Shown here in pieces: positions 36,169 to 45,328 of a stretch of DNA of 64,000 bases (within the stretch, counting starts at the first letter, position 1; each line of letters begins with the position of its first letter). Origin of the DNA: an uncultured Erysipelotrichaceae bacterium (lineage in GTDB: Bacteria > Bacillota_I > Bacilli_A > RFN20 > CAG-826); assembly GCA_902803375.1 (NCBI GenBank), contig CADCPN010000028.1, forward strand, positions 684 through 64,683, given 5' to 3'. The translations under genes and the position numbers were made by a program. The notes under the pieces were generated by a model. It was not told the origin of the DNA. It made no database searches and was given only the letters and a program-made list of their open reading frames with translations.

Positions 36169-38211
36169 TTGGCTAATCTTTCCTGCAAAGGCATCGCCTT
36201 ATCCTATGGCGGGCAATCTGTGCTTAACGGGGTGTCGTTTTCCTTTCCTTCTTCTGGGCTTGTCTCAATATTTGGAAAATCAGGGTGTGGCAAAAGCTCA
36301 TTGCTTCATATTCTGGAGACGTTGGAGAAGCCTAATCGCGGCGAGGTCTTCTATGATGGCCTATCCGTTTATCATCAAAGCGCCTCCTATAGGCGAAATC
36401 TAAGAAGGAAGGAGTTTGGCATCGTCTTTCAGCATTATGACCTGCTGGAGGACTTTGATTGCCTTTATAACGTCACATTGCCCTTGTTGCTTTTAGGCTA
36501 TTCCAAAAAGAAGGCGGAGAAAGAGGCGAGGAAGCTATTCTCCACCTTTCTGATGGAACCGTTTTTGCATAAGAAGGTGAAGAACCTATCGGGAGGAGAG
36601 AAGCAGAGGATTGCACTGCTTCGTTGCTTCATCAAAAAGCCTTCCGTGATATTCGCGGACGAGCCTACCGGGGCGCTTGATCCAAGCAATGGCCTTTTGG
36701 TGATGAAGATGCTTTCCTCCTATAGCAAGAAAAGCCTCGTACTCCTCGTTTCCCATAACAAAGAGCTTGTGGATGCTTTCTCCTCAATCGTCATTCACCT
36801 ACAAGAAGGAAAGATCAGTGATGTGGAAAAGAAAGGGGGCATACCTTTAAAAATAAGCGAGCAAAAGCCTTCCTTCCCCTATAAGCGGACATACCTCTTC
36901 ACTCTTTTGCGGAGAAACCTTCGCGACGACTATAAAAGGAATATCTTCTGCTTCCTTTCTGGCATCTTGGGCTTTTCCTCCTTTCTACTCTCTATCGGAT
37001 ACCTTTCTTCCAATGGGCCCTCTCTTAATGAAGAGATGCGACATTCCTTGGAATATAACTACGCCTATCTTTCTAGAAACGAATCCCTTTCTTTGGGCCA
37101 GGGGCCGCTAAGGCTCACCAAGTCATTCCGTCCCACCTTGGAACAATGCCGTTCCCTTTTCCAAGAGGAAGAGGTGGAAATCTATGATGACCTCTCTTAT
37201 TTCCTTCCCTTCTCTAGCGGGGTCTCTATCTCAAGCAAGAACATCGCCGCGAGTGTCTTGCCTTGCTTCCTAGACATAAATAAACAAAGTGATGAAAGGC
37301 TTACCGGCACATATCTGCCTAGCTTCGATTTAGGCGTTTGCTACGTGAACTCGGCGTTTCTAGAAGTAGCCCCTTCGTTATCTTTGGGCGAGATCATAGA
37401 CGTGAATAGCGAAATTGAGGTCACCCATTTCGGAGTGGCGGATAAGGTTAGCCTAAGCCTTAACTTGAAAGTCGTGGGCATCTATAAGGAGTTTAGCTTC
37501 CTCAATACCCCAAAAGTCTATTACTCATACTTGGCCTTGGAGAAGGAGCTCTCTGGAATCTATTTGGAGAACATCGGAACTCGATATGGAGAAAGCGTCT
37601 CCGCCTTAGATTACTTGCGCCTGGTGAGCGATGATGACCCCGCGTCTAGATTCGATAGGATAGTCGTAGCTAGGGGAGCGGAAAGAATCGAGAAAATCTT
37701 CGATATTGCCAAGAAAAGCGATAATTACTCGTTAACGAGCTTTCCCAATACGGCGAAGACTTCCTTCGCCTCGTTATCGGAAGCCTTCTCCATGTGCCTG
37801 CTTTACCTTCTAGGCATCTCTAGCCTTTGCTTATTTCTCTTGCTTGGCCTCAATGGCTATGCCGGGCTTATGAAAAGGAAAAAGGAAGTGGCGATTCTTG
37901 GAGCCTTAGGAGGAAATAACGGGGACATGGTTTTGCTATTTTGCTTAGAAAGCGCTCTTATCTGCATGGGGTCCGCCTTGATTGCCGCGGTGATTTCGCC
38001 ATTGCTTTCCCGCTTGGCGAGCAACCTGCTGGAATCGCGATTTGGACTAGCTCGTTTATTCGCCTTGCCAACGGGGCAAATATTTGGTGTAAAGGGTTTG
38101 CTTTGGTATCTCCTTTTTGGCTTTGCTTTGATTTCTTCCCTCCTGCCAAGTTTTAGCAGCGTCTATGCCTTAAGGCTATTTTCCCTTGCCAAGGAGCTTT
38201 CTGAAGAATGA
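36169..38211 (+). CDS. Fused ABC ATPase + FtsX/MacB-type permease (subunit A, 680 aa)
   Basis: Walker A GKSGCGKSS, LSGGEKQR, Walker B FADEPTGALD and VSHN are all present. These are followed by TM1, a ~250-aa extracytoplasmic region and 3 C-terminal TMs. The start is TTG, 9 nt after AGGAGG. Confidence 0.8.
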   Translation: MANLSCKGIALSYGGQSVLNGVSFSFPSSGLVSIFGKSGCGKSSLLHILETLEKPNRGEVFYDGLSVYHQSASYRRNLRRKEFGIVFQHYDLLEDFDCLYNVTLPLLLLGYSKKKAEKEARKLFSTFLMEPFLHKKVKNLSGGEKQRIALLRCFIKKPSVIFADEPTGALDPSNGLLVMKMLSSYSKKSLVLLVSHNKELVDAFSSIVIHLQEGKISDVEKKGGIPLKISEQKPSFPYKRTYLFTLLRRNLRDDYKRNIFCFLSGILGFSSFLLSIGYLSSNGPSLNEEMRHSLEYNYAYLSRNESLSLGQGPLRLTKSFRPTLEQCRSLFQEEEVEIYDDLSYFLPFSSGVSISSKNIAASVLPCFLDINKQSDERLTGTYLPSFDLGVCYVNSAFLEVAPSLSLGEIIDVNSEIEVTHFGVADKVSLSLNLKVVGIYKEFSFLNTPKVYYSYLALEKELSGIYLENIGTRYGESVSALDYLRLVSDDDPASRFDRIVVARGAERIEKIFDIAKKSDNYSLTSFPNTAKTSFASLSEAFSMCLLYLLGISSLCLFLLLGLNGYAGLMKRKKEVAILGALGGNNGDMVLLFCLESALICMGSALIAAVISPLLSRLASNLLESRFGLARLFALPTGQIFGVKGLLWYLLFGFALISSLLPSFSSVYALRLFSLAKELSEE

Positions 38212-41009
38212 GCAAGGTCATCGTTAGGAACCTTCTTGTCCGCTTCGGGAGGGATAAGGCTTTGGACAACGTGAATCTCACTTTGCCCGAGAAGGGGCTG
38301 ATCGCGATTGTTGGACCTTCGGGATGCGGCAAATCCACTCTGCTGAATGCCCTAAGCGGAATCATAAGGCAATATCGAGGCTCCATCACCTTGCTCGGAC
38401 ATTCTTTGCCAATGGAAGATGAAGAATCATTGCGAGAGCTTCGCCTTTATTGCATGGGCTATGTTCAGCAGGACTTTTCCTTGCTGGAGCTAGAGACTGT
38501 TTTCGATAACGTCTATTACCCGCTTGATGCGGTCTCTAAGTCGAATGGCAAACAGAAGAAGCGAAGGGTAAATGACCTTCTTCGCTTCGTTGGGATGGAA
38601 AAGTTGTCTAAGAAAAGAGGGAAGGAGCTTTCGGGTGGTGAGAAGCAAAGGGTCGCGATAGCAAGGGCGTTGGTCAATGATCCCTCCATTCTTCTTGCCG
38701 ATGAGCCAACGGGGGCTTTGGATGGGAAAAATGCCAAAACGGTATTCAATTTGCTTTCTCTCATCTCCAAGAAAAAGCTCGTGATTTTGGTGACGCATGA
38801 TGAAGCTTCCGCCTACGAATACGCAGACCGTATCGTGAGGATGGATAACGGAAAAGTCATCGAGGAAATCGATAGTCCGCAGCAGAAGAAAAATGGCAGC
38901 CTAGAGACGCTTCGCCTTACTCGCGACAAAACCTCTCCTAGCCTAAGCCTTCCTTGCTGCTTTAAGCATGCTCGCCATCTCATTAAAGGAAGGAGGCTAA
39001 GAAGCTTAATCTCGGATTCCGTCCTCACCCTGGGTCTACTTAGCGTCGGCCTAGCAAGTTACGCGACCTTTTCATTAAAGGGGCAGATCTCCTCTTCCTT
39101 CAATGCTTTGGTGGATTCCCATTGCCTTTATCTTGGCCCCAAATCACCCCCGTCATCTTCTTATTCCGACTTAAAAAGCATGAAGCTGGAGGATGCTTTG
39201 CTTCTACAAGATTCCTTTCCGGAGGCGATAGAAGAAGTAGGCGTAGACCTGCATATGGACTATGAGAGATTCTTCTCTTCCGGAGATACCTTTGCCTTGA
39301 AGAAAGGGGCAAGCAACGTCTCCTTGCCTTATTTCTCTTCCAGGAGTATCAATGAGTTCATTCCATTGAAGAACGAAGAGGTGTATCCGTCTTTCCCTTC
39401 CGCAATGGGGGTCACCGACGTGGTCCTCGGCCTCCCTTATGCGGATATGGTTAGGCTATGTAACGCCTTATCGCTAAAACCCTCCTTCCCCAATCTTGGG
39501 GATTATCTAGATGGCTCTGGCCTATATTGCTATCTCGCCAATGAGGATATGGAGTTTGAGAATGAGGAGTTCTTTGACGTCTATGGGGTGACCCAAACAG
39601 AGCTGCCTTGCTTCCTCCACGCCGATCCCCTTTGGAACCACAGGTTCTTTGTCGACCGCCTCCATTTCCGCCCTGCCGATAATGGGACGGAGCCTAATCC
39701 CCAATACGTTTTTGAGATCCCCTACTTCAAGATTAAGGATGCGGATAGTTTCCTGCAGGCGATTAAAGGCGAGAAGAAGTGCTCAGACGTGATTCTGGAT
39801 TATGCCTCTTCTTTCTATCTGCCCACATTGTGGAAAGAAAAAGATGAACGCCTTTCTCGCTTTTATGCTTACTCAGGGGTTAAGCATGGCCTTAGCCTAG
39901 GGAAAATCGACGAGGTAAGCTCGTCATTGCCCCATATCTCCGGAAGGCTGCCTATCGCAGACATCGGCTATTTCGCCACCTCTGGATCAATGGTCTATGG
40001 ATTCTCATCCAGCTTCTTTTTGTGCAAAGAGAAGGAGAAAGCTCTGGAGATAGGAGAAGAGCTTTCCTATATGCCAAGGGATAAGGCGGACCTGCCCTTA
40101 TCCTCCGTTGATGGAGTGCTTTCTGGCTCTATTTCTTCTCTGGGCGGAGGCGTTCGGTTAAGCGGGGATATCTCCAACCTCTTGCATGGACGCGCACCAG
40201 AGAAATTAGAGGAAGTGGCAATCTCAAGCTCCTTAGCCAAAAAATGGGGTAACCCCAACTCTATTTTCGTCGCGGCAGAGGTCGCGAGGGAAAATGGAAC
40301 CGATACGGTTAGCCGCAAGTTCTCCTATGCAAAGCTTCGCGTCACTGGGATAAAGGAAGACGCCGCGGATACTCTTTTTGTGAAGAAGGATTGGACCATT
40401 GATTTCTACCTAGGGGTCCTCCATGCTTCCGGCTTCTACCTCGTCCCTACAAGCTGCCTTCTTTATTTCCCTTCGAAAGCGGAAGCGGCAAGGGCAAAAG
40501 AGGTGCTTCTTCGCGACTTCCCTGATGTAGAAACGTATTTTCCCTCAGAAGAAGTGGAGGCGAGCATCGGCGATACCTCCGATTATATCGGACAGGTGCT
40601 TTTTGCCTTCTCTTCCGTTGCCCTATCGAGCTGCCTTGTTCTGTTTTTGCTGATCCTTGAGATCACCGTGGAGGAAGGAAAGAAGGAGAGGGAGACCTTG
40701 GTGAAGATCGGCATGCCCTCTTCTAGCATCGCAAGGCTGTTTGATTGCTATCTCCTTTTGGGACTAGGGAAAGCGACTGCCATCTCCTTAGGGGCAATGG
40801 TCATCATCGAAATGCTTTTGGGACAAAGGATAAACGGCATGTTCGCAAACGCATCAACCATTACTCTTTCGCCATATCCGTATGCTTTTCTGCTGGGAAT
40901 TTTTGTGCTCTATTACCTAATCGGAATGATTTATATCCGACGAAAAATAGGACAAAAAAGTGAAAAAACACCGCTCGCACCGAAAAAATATCCCCAGGAC
41001 ATTTCGTGA
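38208..41009 (+). CDS. Fused ABC ATPase + FtsX/MacB-type permease with enlarged extracytoplasmic domain (subunit B, 933 aa)
   Basis: Walker A GPSGCGKST, LSGGEKQR, LADEPTGALD and VTHD are all present. TM1 spans about aa 267-288, followed by a ~500-aa extracytoplasmic region and 3 C-terminal TMs. The start overlaps the stop of subunit A (ATGA). Confidence 0.8.
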   Translation: MSKVIVRNLLVRFGRDKALDNVNLTLPEKGLIAIVGPSGCGKSTLLNALSGIIRQYRGSITLLGHSLPMEDEESLRELRLYCMGYVQQDFSLLELETVFDNVYYPLDAVSKSNGKQKKRRVNDLLRFVGMEKLSKKRGKELSGGEKQRVAIARALVNDPSILLADEPTGALDGKNAKTVFNLLSLISKKKLVILVTHDEASAYEYADRIVRMDNGKVIEEIDSPQQKKNGSLETLRLTRDKTSPSLSLPCCFKHARHLIKGRRLRSLISDSVLTLGLLSVGLASYATFSLKGQISSSFNALVDSHCLYLGPKSPPSSSYSDLKSMKLEDALLLQDSFPEAIEEVGVDLHMDYERFFSSGDTFALKKGASNVSLPYFSSRSINEFIPLKNEEVYPSFPSAMGVTDVVLGLPYADMVRLCNALSLKPSFPNLGDYLDGSGLYCYLANEDMEFENEEFFDVYGVTQTELPCFLHADPLWNHRFFVDRLHFRPADNGTEPNPQYVFEIPYFKIKDADSFLQAIKGEKKCSDVILDYASSFYLPTLWKEKDERLSRFYAYSGVKHGLSLGKIDEVSSSLPHISGRLPIADIGYFATSGSMVYGFSSSFFLCKEKEKALEIGEELSYMPRDKADLPLSSVDGVLSGSISSLGGGVRLSGDISNLLHGRAPEKLEEVAISSSLAKKWGNPNSIFVAAEVARENGTDTVSRKFSYAKLRVTGIKEDAADTLFVKKDWTIDFYLGVLHASGFYLVPTSCLLYFPSKAEAARAKEVLLRDFPDVETYFPSEEVEASIGDTSDYIGQVLFAFSSVALSSCLVLFLLILEITVEEGKKERETLVKIGMPSSSIARLFDCYLLLGLGKATAISLGAMVIIEMLLGQRINGMFANASTITLSPYPYAFLLGIFVLYYLIGMIYIRRKIGQKSEKTPLAPKKYPQDIS

Positions 41010-41158
41010 AAACAAAGTGAACGTTATTTTCGTAATCGTGAAACGATGCTTTTTTTCCTTTGCGTTTGGGAGTAACATATTGGACGGTTTTATAGACGAC
41101 GCTGAATACGATTTCGTTTTAGGTTGTTTGTTCTAGTACCAGGAAGGTTAGGAGTCTC

Positions 41159-41359
41159 ATGAAGGGAACAATCAAAATGTTCAACAAGGAGAAGGGCTAC
41201 GGATTTATTCGCGCTGAAGACAACCGTGACTACTTCTTCCACTATTCGGCCCTCGTCATGGACGACTACAAGACCGCTGAAAAAGGCGAGAATGTAGAGT
41301 TCGATGTCGAAGAGTCGGATCGTGGCCCGCGCGCTGCGAACGTTAAGAAGATCGCCTAA
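41159..41359 (+). CDS. csp: Cold-shock protein (CspA family)
   Basis: MKGTIKMFNKEKGYGFI ... FFHYS carries the RNP1 and RNP2 motifs. Confidence 0.93.
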   Translation: MKGTIKMFNKEKGYGFIRAEDNRDYFFHYSALVMDDYKTAEKGENVEFDVEESDRGPRAANVKKIA

Positions 41360-41380
41360 GTTATTAGGGTTAACTTCTTG

Positions 41381-41406
41381 AGCCCCACCAATGTGAGGCT
41401 TTTTTG
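41381..41406 (+). terminator. Rho-independent terminator after csp
   Basis: agccccac / gtgaggct stem (one mismatch), loop caat, then ttttttg. Confidence 0.7.
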
Positions 41407-41498
41407 TTTCCTTGCGCGTATATAGGCGCATTATGCGCTAGTAGGTTAAGAGCAAACGGAGTAGAATAGGCGCGCTCATAAGAGGGAAAGAAACACCA

Positions 41499-42611
41499 AT
41501 GTCATTGAAAGCAGGAATCGTCGGTTTGCCAAACGTTGGCAAATCCACATTGTTCAACGCTATTACCAATAGCCATGTCGAAGCGGCCAATTACCCCTTC
41601 GCAACCATTAAGCCGAATACCGGCATCGTCACCGTTCCCGACGATCGACTCGACTTCCTCTGCGATATGTTCCACCCGGGTAAGCGCGTCCCTGCTACCT
41701 TCGAGTTCTTCGATATCGCCGGCCTAGTCAAAGGCGCGTCCAAAGGCGAAGGCCTTGGCAACCAGTTCCTTGGCGCCATCCGCGAATGCGACGCCATCTG
41801 CGAAGTCGTCCGCTGCTTCGAATCAAGCGAAATCATCCATGTCGATAACTCCGTCGACCCGGCCCGCGACATCGAGACCATCGATCTCGAGCTCGCCATG
41901 GCCGACCTCGACACCGTCAATAACCGCATCGCCAAGCAGGGCGTCAAAGCCCGCATCGCCCACGATAAGGAAGCCATGTATGAAATGGCCATCCTTGAGC
42001 CGCTTCAGAAGATCCTCTCCGATGGTCAGCCGGCAAGGCTTTGCAAGGACCTAAGCCCTGAGCAGCTTGCCTATGCGAAGAAGAATTTCTTTCTCCTAAC
42101 CCTTAAGCCGATTATCTATGTCGCCAATGTCTCCGCCGATGACTATGCCGACATCGAAAGCTGCAAGCATTACCTAACCGTCAAGGAAATCGCCGCCGCC
42201 CAGGGCGCCCAGTGCATCCCGGTCTCCTGCGAAATCGAATATGAGATCTCCCAGATCGATAACCCCGCCGACAGAAAGGACTTCCTTGAGTCCATGGGCG
42301 CCACCGAATCTGGCCTTGATAAGCTCGTCAAAGCTTCCTATAAGCTCCTCAACCTATCCACCTTCTTCACCTGCGGTAGCGATGAATGCCGCGCCTGGAC
42401 TTTCCGCAATGGCATGACCGCCCCCGAATGCGCGGGCCTCATCCACACCGATTTCCAGAAGGGCTTCATCAAAGCCGAAATCTACAGCTTCGAGGATTTG
42501 AAGAAGTACGGAAGCGAGTCTGCGGTCAAGGAGGCCGGCAGGCTTCGCATGGAAGGCAAAGATTACGTCATGAAAGACGGCGACTGCGTCTTCTTCCGCT
42601 TCAACGTATGA
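41499..42611 (+). CDS. ychF: Redox-regulated ATPase YchF
   Basis: GIVGLPNVGKSTLFNA, TGS-like C-terminus, 370 aa. Confidence 0.93.
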   Translation: MSLKAGIVGLPNVGKSTLFNAITNSHVEAANYPFATIKPNTGIVTVPDDRLDFLCDMFHPGKRVPATFEFFDIAGLVKGASKGEGLGNQFLGAIRECDAICEVVRCFESSEIIHVDNSVDPARDIETIDLELAMADLDTVNNRIAKQGVKARIAHDKEAMYEMAILEPLQKILSDGQPARLCKDLSPEQLAYAKKNFFLLTLKPIIYVANVSADDYADIESCKHYLTVKEIAAAQGAQCIPVSCEIEYEISQIDNPADRKDFLESMGATESGLDKLVKASYKLLNLSTFFTCGSDECRAWTFRNGMTAPECAGLIHTDFQKGFIKAEIYSFEDLKKYGSESAVKEAGRLRMEGKDYVMKDGDCVFFRFNV

Positions 42612-43087
42612 GCTTCCGCATCGGATTCGGCGAGGACATCCACGTCTTCGCAAGCGGCCGCAAGCTTGTTCTTGGCACCGTCACGGTTCCTGGACACGAT
42701 GGGCTGCTAGGGCATAGCGACGCCGACGTCGTCCTCCACGCGCTAAGCGATGCGCTTCTAGGCGCCATCGCCGCCGGGGACATCGGCCATCTCTTCCCGG
42801 ATAACGATCCCACCACCGAAGGCATCGACTCCTCCCTCATCCTCAAGGCATGCTTCGCTAAAGTGAAGGAGAAGGGGTACGCCTTAGGCAACGCAGATAT
42901 CCACATCGTTGCGGAATCCCCGAGATTAGCCCCGTATATCGACGCGATGAGACAAGGGATTGCCTCGTTGCTGGAAACGGATATCGAAAACATCGGCATC
43001 ACCTCCGGCACCAATGAAAAACTAGACGACTTAGGTCGAGGCTTGGGAATCAAGGCCACGGCGGTCGTGCTTCTAGAAAGGAAATAA
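42608..43087 (+). CDS. ispF: 2-C-methyl-D-erythritol 2,4-cyclodiphosphate synthase
   Basis: MSFRIGFGEDIHVF...GHSDADVVLHALSDALLGA...DIG. The ATG at 42608 overlaps the ychF stop. The N-terminal part of track ORF 42386..43087 is spurious. Confidence 0.9.
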   Translation: MSFRIGFGEDIHVFASGRKLVLGTVTVPGHDGLLGHSDADVVLHALSDALLGAIAAGDIGHLFPDNDPTTEGIDSSLILKACFAKVKEKGYALGNADIHIVAESPRLAPYIDAMRQGIASLLETDIENIGITSGTNEKLDDLGRGLGIKATAVVLLERK

Positions 43088-43088
43088 C

Positions 43089-44711
43089 ATGACTAACGAA
43101 GAACTCCTAAAAGACGTTGTCTTGAAAGCCTTCGCCGCCCTTGGCGTGACTCTCACCGACACCGACATCGTCATCGAGCGTTCTAGAGATACCGCCCACG
43201 GCGATTTCGCGACCAACGCCGCCATGAAATTCTGCAAGAAGGTTGGCATGAATCCGCGTGACCTCGCGAACAAGCTAATCGAGAATATGCACTGCGACTC
43301 CCTTGAGAAAGTCGAGATCGCAGGCCCGGGCTTCATCAATTTCTTCATGAAGAAGGATGCCCTCGCCGGCATCATCGCCAAAGTCCTCGAGGCCGGCGAT
43401 AACTACGGCCACCTCCCCGCCAAGGGAAAGAAGATCGACGTTGAATACGTCTCTGCCAACCCCACTGGCGACCTCCACCTTGGCCACACCCGCTGCGCCG
43501 CCATCGGCGATGCGATCGCCAAGATCCTCATGGCCGCTGGCTATGACGTCACCCGCGAATACTACGTCAATGACTGCGGCAACCAGGTCGAGCACCTCGG
43601 ACATTCCCTCCGCGCCCGCTACCACGCCGAATTCGGTGAGCCGCTAGACCTAGCCGATGACGATTACCATGGCGAGGACCTCATCGCCATTGCCAAACAG
43701 ATCAAAGAGCTCTATGGCGATAAGTACCTCGTCGATTCAGAGGAATCCCATGACTTCTTCATCCGCTTCGGCATCGATACCGAGCTCAACAAGATCAAGA
43801 AGGACCTCGCTGACTTCCGCGTCGAATTCGATAAGTACACCTATGAATCCGACATCCGCAAAGGCGGAACCATCGAGAAGACCATCAAAGACCTAAGCCA
43901 ATACGTCTATGTTGATAACGGGGCCACCTATCTTGCCACCAGCAAGTTCGTCGATGATAAGGATCGCCCGATCATTAAGTCCGATGGCACCTACACTTAC
44001 TTCATGCCGGATATCTGCTACCACTACGACAAGATGAGCCGTGGCTACGACCACCTCATCGACGTCCTTGGCGCAGACCACCACGGCTACATCGGCCGCA
44101 TGAAGAGTGCCCTCATGATGAAGGGCTACCCCGAAGATGTCCTCGAAGCCGAATTCGTCCAGGTCGTTCGCGTTTATAAAGATGGCCAGGAGGTCAAGAT
44201 GTCCAAGCGCACCGGCAAGGCCATCGCCCACCGTGAGCTCGTTGCCGACGTCGGCGTCGATGCGGTCAGATTCATGTTCGTTGAACGCGCCGCTTCCAGC
44301 CACCTCGACTTCAACTATAATCTTGCCATGGAGCAAAGCTCCGCTAACCCGGTCTACTACGCGCAATATGCGCATGCCCGTTGCTGCAGCTTGCTGAGCC
44401 TTGGTTCCGACATCCCTCTCGATGAGAAGGGCAGCCAGCTCAAAGAAGCCCAGGAAATGGCGCTTCTAAAGACCATTGGCGACTTCCCGACCGTCATCGA
44501 GGTCGCCGCGAAGGAGCGGGCCCCATATAAGGTTGCCGCCTACATCCATGCCCTTGGCGAGAAAATCCACGAGTTCTATGCCGCCTGCCGCATCATCGAC
44601 AGAGACAACCTCCCGTTGACAAGTTCCCGTTTAGCGCTTATAAAGGCAGCCGAGATCACGATGAAGAACGCGCTCTCCATCCTCGGCGTCAGCGCTCCGG
44701 AAAAGATGTAA
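43089..44711 (+). CDS. argS: Arginine--tRNA ligase
   Basis: SANPTGDLHLGH (HIGH region), the MSKRTG (KMSK) motif, and a DALR anticodon-binding C-terminus. Confidence 0.95.
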   Translation: MTNEELLKDVVLKAFAALGVTLTDTDIVIERSRDTAHGDFATNAAMKFCKKVGMNPRDLANKLIENMHCDSLEKVEIAGPGFINFFMKKDALAGIIAKVLEAGDNYGHLPAKGKKIDVEYVSANPTGDLHLGHTRCAAIGDAIAKILMAAGYDVTREYYVNDCGNQVEHLGHSLRARYHAEFGEPLDLADDDYHGEDLIAIAKQIKELYGDKYLVDSEESHDFFIRFGIDTELNKIKKDLADFRVEFDKYTYESDIRKGGTIEKTIKDLSQYVYVDNGATYLATSKFVDDKDRPIIKSDGTYTYFMPDICYHYDKMSRGYDHLIDVLGADHHGYIGRMKSALMMKGYPEDVLEAEFVQVVRVYKDGQEVKMSKRTGKAIAHRELVADVGVDAVRFMFVERAASSHLDFNYNLAMEQSSANPVYYAQYAHARCCSLLSLGSDIPLDEKGSQLKEAQEMALLKTIGDFPTVIEVAAKERAPYKVAAYIHALGEKIHEFYAACRIIDRDNLPLTSSRLALIKAAEITMKNALSILGVSAPEKM

Positions 44712-44755
44712 TTCGTTAAGATTCGCGCTCATAATTTCAGAAAGGAAAATTAACC

Positions 44756-45202
44756 ATGAAAGAAGGAAGCATGCTCGAAGTCGCCTTCAAGGCACTTCAA
44801 AACGCCGGAGAACCGATGAAGTTCACCGATCTCTGGGCCACCGTCAAAGAAGAACTGGAAATCACCCCGGAAGAAGAAGAATTCCGTCTCGGACACTTCT
44901 ATACCGATCTTAGCCTCAACGGCTCCAGATTCGTCGTCCTCACCGACAACACCTGGGATCTCCGCTCCCGCCACACCTATGATGCCGTCCACATCAACGT
45001 CGACGATGTCTACACCGAAATCCAGGAATCCGATGAGGATGCCACCGATAAAGAAGAAGACAGAAAATACAACGAGTCTGTCAACGGCGCCGTCTCCTCT
45101 TCCGAAGAGGAAGGCGCTTCGGAGTTTGAAGAAGGGGAAGAGTCCAAACCCATCTCCGGCAAGGAACTCCTTGGCATCAAAGACGAACCGGAACAGTATT
45201 AA
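44756..45202 (+). CDS. rpoE: RNA polymerase delta subunit
   Basis: An N-terminal HARE-HTH-like domain (MKFTDLWATVKEEL...FYTDLSLNGSRFV) is followed by a long acidic tail. Confidence 0.85.
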   Translation: MKEGSMLEVAFKALQNAGEPMKFTDLWATVKEELEITPEEEEFRLGHFYTDLSLNGSRFVVLTDNTWDLRSRHTYDAVHINVDDVYTEIQESDEDATDKEEDRKYNESVNGAVSSSEEEGASEFEEGEESKPISGKELLGIKDEPEQY

Positions 45203-45221
45203 TCCTTATATTAATATGCCT

Positions 45222-45256
45222 GCCAGCCACGAGCTATCTCGCGGCTGGTTTTTGTT
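45222..45256 (+). terminator. Rho-independent terminator after rpoE
   Basis: gccagccacgag / ctcgcggctgg stem (one mismatch), then tttttgtt. Confidence 0.7.
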
Positions 45257-45328
45257 AAAGAAATGGCATCGCGAAGGAACGCGATTGTTTGCCTTTGATG
45301 GCAAAAGGGGTATCCTATAGGGCTTTCC

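Noticed and set aside
36122-41158. Direct repeats or att-like sites, integrase or transposase genes flanking the low-GC ABC island.
   Set aside because: Only a trivial shared heptamer (ttttcgt) was found at both borders, and no mobility gene. The insertion mechanism cannot be called, and the island is not annotated as a mobile element.
42386-42607. N-terminal extension of the ispF ORF overlapping ychF.
   Set aside because: It is an Arg/His-rich out-of-frame read of ychF. Canonical IspF begins at MSFRIGFGEDIH (42608).
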